Origin: Waterburya sp.
GTDB taxonomy: Bacteria; Cyanobacteriota; Cyanobacteriia; Cyanobacteriales; Xenococcaceae
DNA: 64,000 nucleotides
Direction: 5' to 3'
NCBI GenBank assembly: GCA_965217895.1
Contig: CBDCJV010000002.1
Span: 3,296,001 to 3,360,000 of the forward strand
How positions within the stretch are numbered: position 1 is the first letter of the stretch; the number at the start of each line of letters is the position of its first letter. The notes under the pieces were generated by a model that ran no database searches, was not told where the DNA came from, and saw only the letters and a program-made list of their open reading frames with translations. Positions 11,514 to 20,601 of the stretch are shown in pieces. The translations under genes and the position numbers were made by a program.

Positions 11514-11542
11514 TTAATTCGTGAATCGCCCGTACAGTAATA

Positions 11543-12699
11543 CTAAATCCGATTACCAAAGTGTGTATAAAATAGTGAGGAATAACTTAAAAATGTTAAA
11601 TGCCAAAAACAGCTTATTTAGCAAAACATTTTAGTTCTTCTGAACTAAAAGAAAAGTATCTGAAGAGTCAAAACTCAGTGGAAGTGAGAAGATGGCATCT
11701 GAATCGCGAAAATATCTTTGGGATGGACGATTAAAAATAGTGCGCTCGCTGTGGGATGTTCTTATTCTTATGCTCAAAAGATTCTCGGTCGGTACAACCT
11801 CTATGGAGAGGAAGGGGTCAAAAATTGCCAAAATAAAACCAGCAATCATGTTAGAGGAAAAAAAAGGTTACTATCACAACCACAATTAGAAAAACTAACA
11901 AAAGCGATCGCCAAAGAGTTACCAGACGGAGGAATCTGGACAGGAACTAAGGTAGCTCGCTGGATTGAAAAAGAAACGGGCAGAGAAAAAGTCGGGAATC
12001 AGAGAGGATGGGACTACTTAAAAAAGTGCGGTTACTCTTGGCAAAGTCCAAGACCAACACATAAAAAAGCCAATAAATTAGAGCAAGAGATGTTCAAAAG
12101 TAACTTGCCATTGAAACTTAAGCAACTTGAACAAGAAAATCCAGATGTGGAGGTAGAACTGTGGTTTTTCGACGAGCATAGAGTAGGATTAAAACCAATA
12201 CTAAAAAAGGTTTGGTCAAAAGTTGGTCATCGACCAGAAGCAATAGTACAACATCGATACGAATGGTTGTATGTTTATGGGTTCGTTAAGCCAAAAACTG
12301 GAGAAACTTTATGGTATCTAATTCCCAGAGTTAATACAAATTGGCTGAATCTGGTTTATCAACAGTTTGCTATTGATGCTGGAATTAATAATCAAAAAAA
12401 ATTCTTTTGATAGAAGATAATGCAGGATGGCATCACAGCAAAAAAGCGATTATTCCAGAGGGAATAAAGATTGATTTTTTACCTCCTTATTCTCCAGAGT
12501 TACAGCCAGCCGAAAGGTTATGGCAGTTAGTAGATGAACCTCTGGTAAATCAATATTTTGAAACTATCAATGAGATAGAGGACATTTTAGTTGAGCGTTG
12601 TTGTGTAGTCAGTGAAATGAAAGATGAAGTTCGTAAATTGACTAACTATCATTGGCTAAAAAACGCTTGTTGTTTACATACTTTATAAATCGGATTTAG
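11543..12699 (+). mobile_element. IS630-family insertion sequence (decayed)
   Basis: 25-bp imperfect TIRs CTAAATCCGATTACCAAAGTGTGTA / TACATACTTTATAAATCGGATTTAG, TA on both flanks; encodes HTH plus DDE transposase. Confidence 0.9.
11600..12688 (+). pseudogene. IS630 transposase with two frameshifts
   Basis: MPKTAYLAKHF...RRWHL from 11600; frameshift near 11700-11708; FFDEHRVG; second shift at the A8 run 12394-12401; DNAGWH and LPPYSPELQPAERLW. Confidence 0.85.
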
Positions 12700-12751
12700 T
12701 ATAATAAGTTTTTCTTGCTTTTTACTTTGTATCGTAATCGTTGAAACAGCC

Positions 12752-13423
12752 ATGAAAACTACAGTTGAAACCGAAAAATATGCGGATTTACCGCCAGCTT
12801 TAGGGGAGGTGGTTGCGGAATATAGAATTGAGCCAGGCAGCGCGATCGCTTATCAGGTCAAAAAGAACTACTATATTCAGATTATTGATGTCAATGGTTC
12901 TCAATGCGCCGACTGGATCGCCTTCAATAATTCAGATTTGGCAGAGTCAATAGACAATACGGTGACAAGGACGATTAACCAAACTACAGTCCCTAAAGTT
13001 GGCAACAACAGCTATTTCTACTCAACCAAAATGCGATCGCTGGCTCAGATAGTCATAGACACTTGCGGTTATCATGACAGCTTGCTTCTTGCCTGTACCA
13101 GTAGTTATTACGAAGATTTAGGCTATGCTCAACATCCAAGCTGTAGCGAAAATTTTAATCAGGTACTCAAGCCTTATGGCATTAAACCCAGAAAGGGATG
13201 GGCTGCGGTTAATTTTTTTTATAACACCAGTGTAGACCCCAAAGGTGTAATTACGGCTCAAAAATCGCGATCGCGATCGGGTGACTGCGTTGTTTTGCGA
13301 GCCTGTAGCGATTTACTCTGCGCGACTTCTTCCTGTGCTGATGACATTAGCTCAATTAATGGCGATAAACTAACTCCCATTCACGTTCGTATTTACCAGC
13401 AAATAAACAAACATAACATATGA
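12752..13423 (+). CDS. Stand-alone DUF1989 protein resembling the catalytic domain of TMAO demethylase (Tdm)
   Basis: IQIIDVNGSQCAD, DTCGYHD, ACTSSYYEDLGYAQHPSCSENFN, GWAAVNFFYNT, SSCADD; no GCV_T domain. Confidence 0.75.
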   Translation: MKTTVETEKYADLPPALGEVVAEYRIEPGSAIAYQVKKNYYIQIIDVNGSQCADWIAFNNSDLAESIDNTVTRTINQTTVPKVGNNSYFYSTKMRSLAQIVIDTCGYHDSLLLACTSSYYEDLGYAQHPSCSENFNQVLKPYGIKPRKGWAAVNFFYNTSVDPKGVITAQKSRSRSGDCVVLRACSDLLCATSSCADDISSINGDKLTPIHVRIYQQINKHNI

Positions 13424-14802
13424 CCGCCAGACATAAAATAGAGCAAGAGCTAATTCAAACAGACCCTTTACTACTGCGATCGCAACTGCAAGAACAAGGA
13501 GTCAAATACGCTTTAGCTAGCTATGTAGATATTCATGGAAAGTGTAAAGCGAAGATGGTTCCCTTGAGTCATTTTGAGCAAATGCTACAAGGGTCAGAAT
13601 TGTTTACAGGAGCTGCTTTAGATGGTATTCCCCAATCAATTCATGATGAAGAAGTTGCCGCTCATCCCGATTTAAACAGTGGAACTATTCTGCCCTGGAA
13701 TCGCGAAGTTGTCTGGTTTGCTAGCGATCTGTATTTAAAAAATGAACCCTTTGAGGCTTGCTCGCGAAATATATTCAAGCGGGTATTGGCACAAGCAAAT
13801 GAAATGGGGTACACCTTTAATTTAGGCATTGAAACAGAATTCTTTATTCTCAAAGATACAGAGGATGGTAAATTTACGCCTGCAAGCGATCGCGATAATT
13901 TAGTCAAAGCTGCTTATGATGTGCCAACTCTTTTAGATAACTATCAGGTAATTAATGAACTGGTGACGGCGATGAATGAGCTGGGGTGGGATGTTTACTC
14001 CTTCGATCATGAAGATGCTCAAGGACAATTTGAGATTGATTTCAATTATAGTGATGGGCTATCTATGGCAGATCGCTTTACCTTCTTCCGCCTGATGGCA
14101 AAAGAAATTGCCCAAAAACACGGTTATTTTGCCTCATTTATGCCCAAACTGTCGTCGAAGCTCACAGGCAGTGGCGCACACTATAATATGTCCCTGGCAG
14201 ACAAAGATACTGATAAAAACCTATTTATCGATTTAGCAGATCCCAGAGGCTGCAAACTATCAAAGTTGGGTTATCAATTTATTGCAGGTATCCTTAACCA
14301 CGCTTCGGCAATTTGTGCCGTAACCTGTCCCACGGTTAATAGCTATAAAAGACTTGTCCGTCAAGGTGCTATGTCAGGCTCAACCTGGGCTCCTGTCTAT
14401 ATCTGCTATGGCAACAATAATCGTACCAATATGCTGCGAATTCCCCTAGCGGGTGGCAGAGTCGAATGTCGGGCAGCCGATATCTCAACCAATCTTTATC
14501 TTGGTGCAGCCATGATCTTGGCAGCAGGTTTAGAAGGCATCCGAGAAGAGCTAGATCCTGGTGAACCTCACACTGAAAATATGTATGAGTATACATTGGC
14601 TGAATTGAAAGCCAAAGGAATTCAATCCCTACCTCAGACATTAGGAGAAGCAGTCGAAGCATTTACAGCAGATCCCCTAAGCGAAAAAGTTATGGGAAAG
14701 GCGATGTATCAGAGTTTTATCGATTACAAGCAACAAGAGTGGTCAGAATATCATTCTCATGTTTCGGATTGGGAAATTCAGCGTTATCTTAAATTCTTTT
14801 AA
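13420..14802 (+). CDS. glnT: GlnT-type glutamine synthetase-like ligase (gamma-glutamylmethylamide synthetase, GmaS-like)
   Basis: SYVDIHGKCKAKMVP, FTGAALDG, LGIETEFF, YSFDHEDAQGQFEIDF, GSGAHYNMS, NNRTNMLRIP, ECRAAD; start overlaps the DUF1989 stop (ATGA). Confidence 0.85.
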   Translation: MTARHKIEQELIQTDPLLLRSQLQEQGVKYALASYVDIHGKCKAKMVPLSHFEQMLQGSELFTGAALDGIPQSIHDEEVAAHPDLNSGTILPWNREVVWFASDLYLKNEPFEACSRNIFKRVLAQANEMGYTFNLGIETEFFILKDTEDGKFTPASDRDNLVKAAYDVPTLLDNYQVINELVTAMNELGWDVYSFDHEDAQGQFEIDFNYSDGLSMADRFTFFRLMAKEIAQKHGYFASFMPKLSSKLTGSGAHYNMSLADKDTDKNLFIDLADPRGCKLSKLGYQFIAGILNHASAICAVTCPTVNSYKRLVRQGAMSGSTWAPVYICYGNNNRTNMLRIPLAGGRVECRAADISTNLYLGAAMILAAGLEGIREELDPGEPHTENMYEYTLAELKAKGIQSLPQTLGEAVEAFTADPLSEKVMGKAMYQSFIDYKQQEWSEYHSHVSDWEIQRYLKFF

Positions 14803-15145
14803 TCCAAATAGTTTGTGCATAATTTGTTCGTACTATACCGAAAAGATTAGATTGAAAATATAGTCAAAGGTGATATTTTAGTAAAAGATTCTATTCATTT
14901 CGCTTTAGAAATTACTGTCCAAAAAACTAGTTGACTACAGAATTTTCTTGTCCGTTTTAATTTCTGAATAATAGAACTCAGCTAATCATTTTAGTTGGTT
15001 TTATGGGTTTGTTGAACATCTTCAAACAGATAATAGTTTTATTTTTAGTTTTGATAATCAAATTTTAATTTTGAAGTTATAAAACTTTAAAAATAACCGC
15101 CAACAATGCTAGCTTTTGATGATTTAGCGAATAACTTTAGCAACT

Positions 15146-15187
15146 TGTAGCTAAGGTTACAAAAAAAAAAGTCATAAATTGTAAACT
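15146..15187 (+). promoter_or_regulatory. NtcA-activated (class II) promoter of the amt-like gene
   Basis: TGTA-GCTAAGGT-TACA (15146-15161), TAN3T TAAACT at 15182-15187, 21 nt after TAC. Confidence 0.8.
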
Positions 15188-15288
15188 TGTCATATTAAGT
15201 TAAATTTCCTAAAAAATATCAAGTCTTATAATTGCCAATATTTTAGGAAAAAATCCCAGAATTTAAACATTATCAACACTTAAATTAA

Positions 15289-16686
15289 ATGAACCCTGAA
15301 GCACAAGAATTTTTAGGAACATTTGTCTCAGAAACCTATTACTATTGGGCATCTGTGTTCATGCTCCTTATTCACGCTGGCTTTCTGGCATACGAGGGAG
15401 GCGCGTCTCGCTGTAAAAATGTGCTGGCAACCATGGTCAAGAATTTACTTACCTTATCCAGCGTCGGGATTTCTTTCTTTCTCTTTGGCTGGTGGGTCTA
15501 TAATGGTTTCCCTTTGTTTCCTGTAGAGGGAGGAATTATTGGTCCCTGGACTAACCCCCAGACGAGCGAACTAATTGGCGAATTAAAACCTTTAGCAGAC
15601 GCTTCCTATCCTTGGTCGGCAGCTATGGGACCTAATACCGCCGATAATTTAACAGGGGTGTTTTTCTTTGCCTTTGCTCTATTTGCCATGACCACCGCAT
15701 CAATTCTTTCTGGTGCAGTCATAGAGAGGATTAAAGTAGGAGCTTACGTTGTTCTTTCTATTGTGTTAGGTTCATTTACCTGGGTAGTAGCAGCAGCTTG
15801 GGGATGGCATTATAAAGGCTGGTTCTTAACATCTTTTGGATATCATGACTTTGGCTGTTCGGCAGTAGTTCATGGAGTTTCTGGCTTTTTTGCTCTAGGG
15901 GTTTTAATTAACCTAGGACCAAGAGTAGGCAAATATGACGAAAATGGTAAACCCAGAGCTATTTTGCCCCACAATCTGCCTCTAACTATGTTGGGTTTGA
16001 TGCTGATTTTTGTCGGCTTCTATGCCTTTTTAGCAGCTTGTGTTATTTTTGTTCCTGGTCAAACTGTAGAGACAAGCATTTATGGCACACCCATGACTCT
16101 ATCCTCGATTGGAGTCAATACTACCTTAGCTTTGGCTGCTGGGATTATTGGAGCTTACATTTCTAGTAAATCCGAACCCTTTTTTACAATTTCTGGTGGT
16201 TTAGCGGGTATTATTACCGTCGGCGGGGGCTTAGATTTATATCATCCTCTAATTGTGATTCCCTTGGCTTTTTCAGGAGCTTTTATGATACCCAAAGTAG
16301 CTGCTGCTGTAGAAAGAGCAGGAATTGATGATGCGGTGGGAGCATTTGCAGTACACGGTTTTTGCGGTATGCTCGGAGCTATCTTACCAGGGTTTTTTGC
16401 CTATGGTTATCCTCAAGCTGAAGGAATACCCTTAATCAATCCTATCGGTCAGATTATTCCTACCTTGATTTGTATTATTATTTTGGGCTTTATTCCTGGA
16501 TATGGAACGAGTTTTGTCTTGCAAAAATTAGGTTTATTGCGGGTTTCTCGTGCCGAAGAAATTGAAGGTTTAGATATAGCTGACATGGGTGTAGAAGGCT
16601 ATCCAGAATACAACACAGCTTGGCAATCGTCAAATTTAAACACTCACAATACATCTCCAGTGAGTAGTCCTGTAAATTACCCATAA
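15289..16686 (+). CDS. Amt-family transporter, divergent (possible methylamine channel)
   Basis: Many TM segments; SGAVIER, HDFGCSAVVH, GPRVGKY, PHNL, DDAVGAFAVHG. Confidence 0.88.
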   Translation: MNPEAQEFLGTFVSETYYYWASVFMLLIHAGFLAYEGGASRCKNVLATMVKNLLTLSSVGISFFLFGWWVYNGFPLFPVEGGIIGPWTNPQTSELIGELKPLADASYPWSAAMGPNTADNLTGVFFFAFALFAMTTASILSGAVIERIKVGAYVVLSIVLGSFTWVVAAAWGWHYKGWFLTSFGYHDFGCSAVVHGVSGFFALGVLINLGPRVGKYDENGKPRAILPHNLPLTMLGLMLIFVGFYAFLAACVIFVPGQTVETSIYGTPMTLSSIGVNTTLALAAGIIGAYISSKSEPFFTISGGLAGIITVGGGLDLYHPLIVIPLAFSGAFMIPKVAAAVERAGIDDAVGAFAVHGFCGMLGAILPGFFAYGYPQAEGIPLINPIGQIIPTLICIIILGFIPGYGTSFVLQKLGLLRVSRAEEIEGLDIADMGVEGYPEYNTAWQSSNLNTHNTSPVSSPVNYP

Positions 16687-16773
16687 CTTAATACATTTAA
16701 CTAGCTATTAGCTAACCGCGAAGCAGTCTTAAGACAACATTTAATCAATAATAGGAAAATAGGAAGTAATAAA

Positions 16774-17178
16774 ATGAGCAGTCCTTTTAAAACGCCCCAA
16801 GAGTTTTTGGAGGTCAAAGGTCCAATGTATACTTTTGCCAAAAGTCCTTTTTGGCTTACGCTTTTTCTAGTTTTTACTGTTATAATTTTTCTCTGGTTTA
16901 TTTATGCTAGCTACAAAATCAAAAGCAGCGAGTCCTCAAAATCAGATCCTGCGGTCATGAGCGTTTTGCTTTTGACTGGCTTTATCTCTTTGGCTCAGTC
17001 GGCTTATGTTTCTGGTACAACTGCGATCGAGGCTTATTTGCAAAATAATAAATCTAATGTAGCTTGGGGACGAAAAACAGATACTCCGATAAGAAAAGTA
17101 GCTAGGAGAAACAACACTGCTGGGCGAAGTTATTATTTATCCCGTTCGCATCGAGATGAAACAATTCGTAGAGGTTAA
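16774..17178 (+). CDS. Small membrane protein of unknown function
   Basis: Two hydrophobic segments (FWLTLFLVFTVIIFLWFIY; VMSVLLLTGFISL); AGGA RBS; follows amt. Confidence 0.65.
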   Translation: MSSPFKTPQEFLEVKGPMYTFAKSPFWLTLFLVFTVIIFLWFIYASYKIKSSESSKSDPAVMSVLLLTGFISLAQSAYVSGTTAIEAYLQNNKSNVAWGRKTDTPIRKVARRNNTAGRSYYLSRSHRDETIRRG

Positions 17179-17256
17179 AAAATTTGGGCATTGCTGAATC
17201 TGGTAATCTTATTGTTTTTAATTAGCTTGAGTACTGTATAAACATCTTTTACCGAG

Positions 17257-17703
17257 CTATTTTTGAATGAGGATTGCGCCAGCGAGTAGCAGCACTGTTC
17301 CTAAGATGCGAGAGCCGCTGGGAGAAATTTGATTAACCTCGAACGCGCCCGTAGAATCGAGGATGAAAGACATTATCACTTGTCCAGCAATTACCAGAGA
17401 AAAAACAGACGCTACGCCCAGCTTGGGAATGGCGATTAGAGAAGATACTAAGTAATAAGCAGCAAAAATGCCTCCCAGCCAAGCCCAGGGAGGAACGGAA
17501 TTAAACGCAGGCAAAGAGCCTCTTTCAGTTGTTCCGCTAGCCCACAGTAAAAGGAGCGAAATTAAGCTTACGACCAGTGAAACAATGGTAGCGAGAACGG
17601 GAGAACCCGTTGAGATTCGCAAGCGAGCATTCCAAGCAATTTGCACAGCGAGTCCAGCCCCGCCCAGAGCAACTAGAAAAAGAAGAAAGAATCGGTTGAG
17701 CAT
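17257..17703 (-). CDS. DMT-superfamily small transporter (YdcZ/DUF606-like)
   Basis: Q...NARL, PPWAWLGGIF, PKLG, IAGQ...ILD, RILG. Confidence 0.82.
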   Translation of the reverse strand: MLNRFFLLFLVALGGAGLAVQIAWNARLRISTGSPVLATIVSLVVSLISLLLLWASGTTERGSLPAFNSVPPWAWLGGIFAAYYLVSSLIAIPKLGVASVFSLVIAGQVIMSFILDSTGAFEVNQISPSGSRILGTVLLLAGAILIQK

Positions 17704-17971
17704 GGTAAGCGTTGTGAACTAGAGAGCTTTTAGAGTATAGCTAGTAATGAACGGCTTTGTTACGATGATTTTGACAACCAATTGTGCTTAATTCCAGAGG
17801 CATTAGAAAATTAATTGAAGCCACAAAATGCTTAAATATAGAGAAACTCAAGCAAACAATTCTACTGCGATCGCTCTCGTTAGGTTAGTAAAATATACTA
17901 CCAACTACCTAACAGTATAAGTAACCTACGCCAACAGGATTTAGTATCACTTAGTTATTATATAAATTTGC

Positions 17972-18001
17972 TTGACAACTCATAGTCGTTATGAGTATGA
18001 T
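17972..18001 (+). promoter_or_regulatory. Sigma70-type promoter overlapped by an inverted-repeat operator (PerR/FurC-like)
   Basis: TTGACA (17972) - 18 nt - TATGAT (17996); spacer holds ACTCATA-GTCGT-TATGAGT. Confidence 0.6.
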
Positions 18002-18045
18002 TTAGTTATAGAAAATTTAAACTTAAATTAGGAGCAAGCCAAACA

Positions 18046-18576
18046 ATGAGAGATACAGTACCAAGCGTTGTCTTCAAAACTAGAGTCCGTGATGAATCTG
18101 TCGAAGGGCCAAATCCTTTTCGTTGGCAAGATGTAACCACAGAAGATATTTTCAAAGGTAAAAAAGTAATCGTCTTTTCTCTACCTGGTGCATTTACTCC
18201 TACTTGTTCTTCGACTCATTTACCTGGATACGAAAAGCACCACGATGAATTTAAATCTTTGGGTGTAGATCAAATTGTTTGTATTTCAGTTAATGATGCG
18301 TTTGTAATGTTCCAGTGGGGTAAACAGCAGGGAGTCCAAAATGTCTTTTTACTTCCTGATGGTAGTGGCGAATTTACACGCAAGATGGGAATGTTGGTAG
18401 ACAAAAGCAATCTTGGATTTGGTATGCGTTCCTGGCGTTATTCAATGCTGGTGAACGATATGAAAGTTGAAAAAATCTTTATCGAACCAGATTTTGGCGA
18501 TAATTGTCCTACCGATCCTTTTGAAGTTTCTGATGCCGATACTATATTGGCTTATCTCAAGGGAGAAAAAAACTAG
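18046..18576 (+). CDS. Type II (Prx5-like) peroxiredoxin
   Basis: [31 protein letters not shown]. Confidence 0.95.
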   Translation: MRDTVPSVVFKTRVRDESVEGPNPFRWQDVTTEDIFKGKKVIVFSLPGAFTPTCSSTHLPGYEKHHDEFKSLGVDQIVCISVNDAFVMFQWGKQQGVQNVFLLPDGSGEFTRKMGMLVDKSNLGFGMRSWRYSMLVNDMKVEKIFIEPDFGDNCPTDPFEVSDADTILAYLKGEKN

Positions 18577-18626
18577 CCCAATCAAGGTAGGAACATCTAA
18601 TGTTATGTTCCTACTCACCAAAAAAC

Positions 18627-19400
18627 ATGGGAACAATATATCTCGGTACTATAGCTAGTTTAATAGCAGGTTTAGCCACTGCCGTCGGCGCACTACCCAT
18701 CTTGTTTACTGCCAATATAAGCAAGAAATGGCAAGGAGTTATGTTAGGACTTGGCGGTGGTGTAATGCTAGCTGCAACCGCATTTTCTTTAATTGTCCCA
18801 GGACAAGAAGCTGCCGTAGATTTGGGTTATTCTCAGGCAAATTCTGCTTTAATCGTCAGTTTAGGCATGGCTTTGGGTGCTATCTTGCTGTTGTTAATGC
18901 ACAATTACTTTCCCCATGAGCATTTCAATAAAGGTGCAGAAGGAAAGATTACCGAGAACTTTGAACGTATTTGGTTATTTGTAATTGCGATTACAATCCA
19001 CAACTTTCCCGAAGGTTTAGCGGTTGGTGTTGGCTTTGGTGATGGCAGTATTAGTCATGGACTACCTCTAGCATTGGGTATTGCTTTACAAAATATGCCC
19101 GAAGGTTTGATAGTTGCTTTAGCATTAAGGGAGTTAGATTATTCTATCAAGTATGCTTTAGGAATTTCTTTGCTAACTGGTTTGGTCGAGCCGATTGGAG
19201 GTTTTGTTGGGGCAAGCATTGTCAATTTTGGTCAAGCTTTTTTACCCTGGGGAATGGCGATCGCAGCAGGCTCAATGCTATTTGTAATTGTTGATGAGAT
19301 TATTCCCGAAATAGATAGAGAAAGCAATGCTCAAGAAGGCACGCTAGGGGTTATGACTGGTTTTGTGGCAATGATGTTTTTAGATATTGCTTTTAGGTAA
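18627..19400 (+). CDS. ZIP-family metal transporter (GufA/ZupT-like)
   Basis: PHEH, AITIHNFPEGLAVGV, QNMPEG, EIIPE; likely start ATG 18627. Confidence 0.9.
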   Translation: MGTIYLGTIASLIAGLATAVGALPILFTANISKKWQGVMLGLGGGVMLAATAFSLIVPGQEAAVDLGYSQANSALIVSLGMALGAILLLLMHNYFPHEHFNKGAEGKITENFERIWLFVIAITIHNFPEGLAVGVGFGDGSISHGLPLALGIALQNMPEGLIVALALRELDYSIKYALGISLLTGLVEPIGGFVGASIVNFGQAFLPWGMAIAAGSMLFVIVDEIIPEIDRESNAQEGTLGVMTGFVAMMFLDIAFR

Positions 19401-19425
19401 ATCAATAATCAATGAACAATAACTA

Positions 19426-19487
19426 GTAGGGTGGGCAAAGAAATAATTATGTTTACCATTGGTATGAATAATCTTCATCTTGCCCAC
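19426..19487 (+). repeat. GTAG-type REP-like element with AT-rich spacer
   Basis: GTAGGGTGGGCAA...TTGCCCAC, same ends as 3112-3168. Confidence 0.65.
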
Positions 19488-19567
19488 AAAAAGGTTATCA
19501 ATAATAATTGCTTGAATTTTGCAGGTTAAATTTTTTAAACTTAGTAAACGTTAAGGAGAATTGAATT

Positions 19568-20068
19568 ATGGTTTCTACTGTTTCTCAAGAAAAGCTATAC
19601 GCTACTCGAATTGATTTAGCTGAAGATATTCGAGTTAAGGTAATCGAGACTTTGAATCAAACTCTCGCGGCAACACTAGATCTCAAAACCCAAACCAAAC
19701 AGGCACACTGGAACGTTAAGGGGATGGATTTCTATCAGCTACACTTACTGTTTGATGAAATGGCAGGGGAATTAGAAGAATATGTTGACATGGTTGCCGA
19801 GAGAGTTACCGCTTTAGGCGGGGTGGCGATGGGAACAGCCCGTATTGCTGCTAGCGAGTCTATTTTGCCTGAATATGACTTAGATGCGGTTACAGGAATT
19901 GAACACGTAACTGCTTTAGCCGATCGCTTTAGTGCTTATGCTAAACACGTTCGTGAAGCGATAGATTCTACGGACAAACTAGGCGATCTTGATACAGCAG
20001 ATCTTTACACCGAAATTTCCCGAACTATTGATAAGCGTCTTTGGTTCTTAGAAGCACATTTGGTTTAG
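19568..20068 (+). CDS. dps: DNA starvation/stationary phase protection protein Dps
   Basis: KQAHWNVKG, LHLLFDE, VDMVAER, DKRLWFLEAH. Confidence 0.95.
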   Translation: MVSTVSQEKLYATRIDLAEDIRVKVIETLNQTLAATLDLKTQTKQAHWNVKGMDFYQLHLLFDEMAGELEEYVDMVAERVTALGGVAMGTARIAASESILPEYDLDAVTGIEHVTALADRFSAYAKHVREAIDSTDKLGDLDTADLYTEISRTIDKRLWFLEAHLV

Positions 20069-20177
20069 AGATTGAGCAACAGTAGCTATTTGTATTTAGG
20101 CTTAAAGCTAATAGCTTAGAACTTATAGCTACGAACCAATAAACTTTAACCAAAGACAATTGATTTAGAACGTAACT

Positions 20178-20459
20178 ATGGCTGATACAAAAGGTGCAGA
20201 TGCGGTAGATCGGGCGATCGCCCAAGGCAAAGATTTAGATGGTTCTGACATTCCTGAAAACAAATTGTCACTATATAACAAGGTGATGGGGTTTGAAGCA
20301 GGAAGACAAAGAAGCGGAGTTACTAATACAATGCGATCGCGCATCGTCAGAATTGGCGCAAAGCATCTTCCTCAAGACGAACTAAATCAGATGTTATTAG
20401 ATGCGGAGTTTCCGCCTCTAAAAGACAAGGAAATTGCTTTTTATTACGGCGGAAAATAA
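20178..20459 (+). CDS. Ssr1528/DUF4090-family small protein
   Basis: GADAVDRAIAQG.DLDGS, RQRSGV.NTMRSRIVRIGAKH, KEIAFYY. Confidence 0.8.
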   Translation: MADTKGADAVDRAIAQGKDLDGSDIPENKLSLYNKVMGFEAGRQRSGVTNTMRSRIVRIGAKHLPQDELNQMLLDAEFPPLKDKEIAFYYGGK

Positions 20460-20547
20460 TACCTCATGTTTCTTCGTTCACTACTGTGAACGAAGTAGGA
20501 AGATAAGAAACTAGGGGGAAGAGTTACTTCCCTCTAATTCAATTTAA

Positions 20548-20580
20548 AAGCTTAGAGCTTAGAGCTTGTAGCTTAAAGCT
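20548..20580. repeat. Heptamer tandem repeat (AGCTTAG-like, STRR-type)
   Basis: aagcttagagcttagagcttgtagcttaaagct; similar arrays near 20082-20130, 22576-22612, 53144-53178, 58502-58537. Confidence 0.65.
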
Positions 20581-20601
20581 ATAAAAAGGAGTATAAAAAA
20601 A

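Noticed and set aside
17888..17901. GTA-N8-TAC between the DMT and prx genes
   Set aside because: Lacks the flanking T/A and is easily a chance match in AT-rich DNA.
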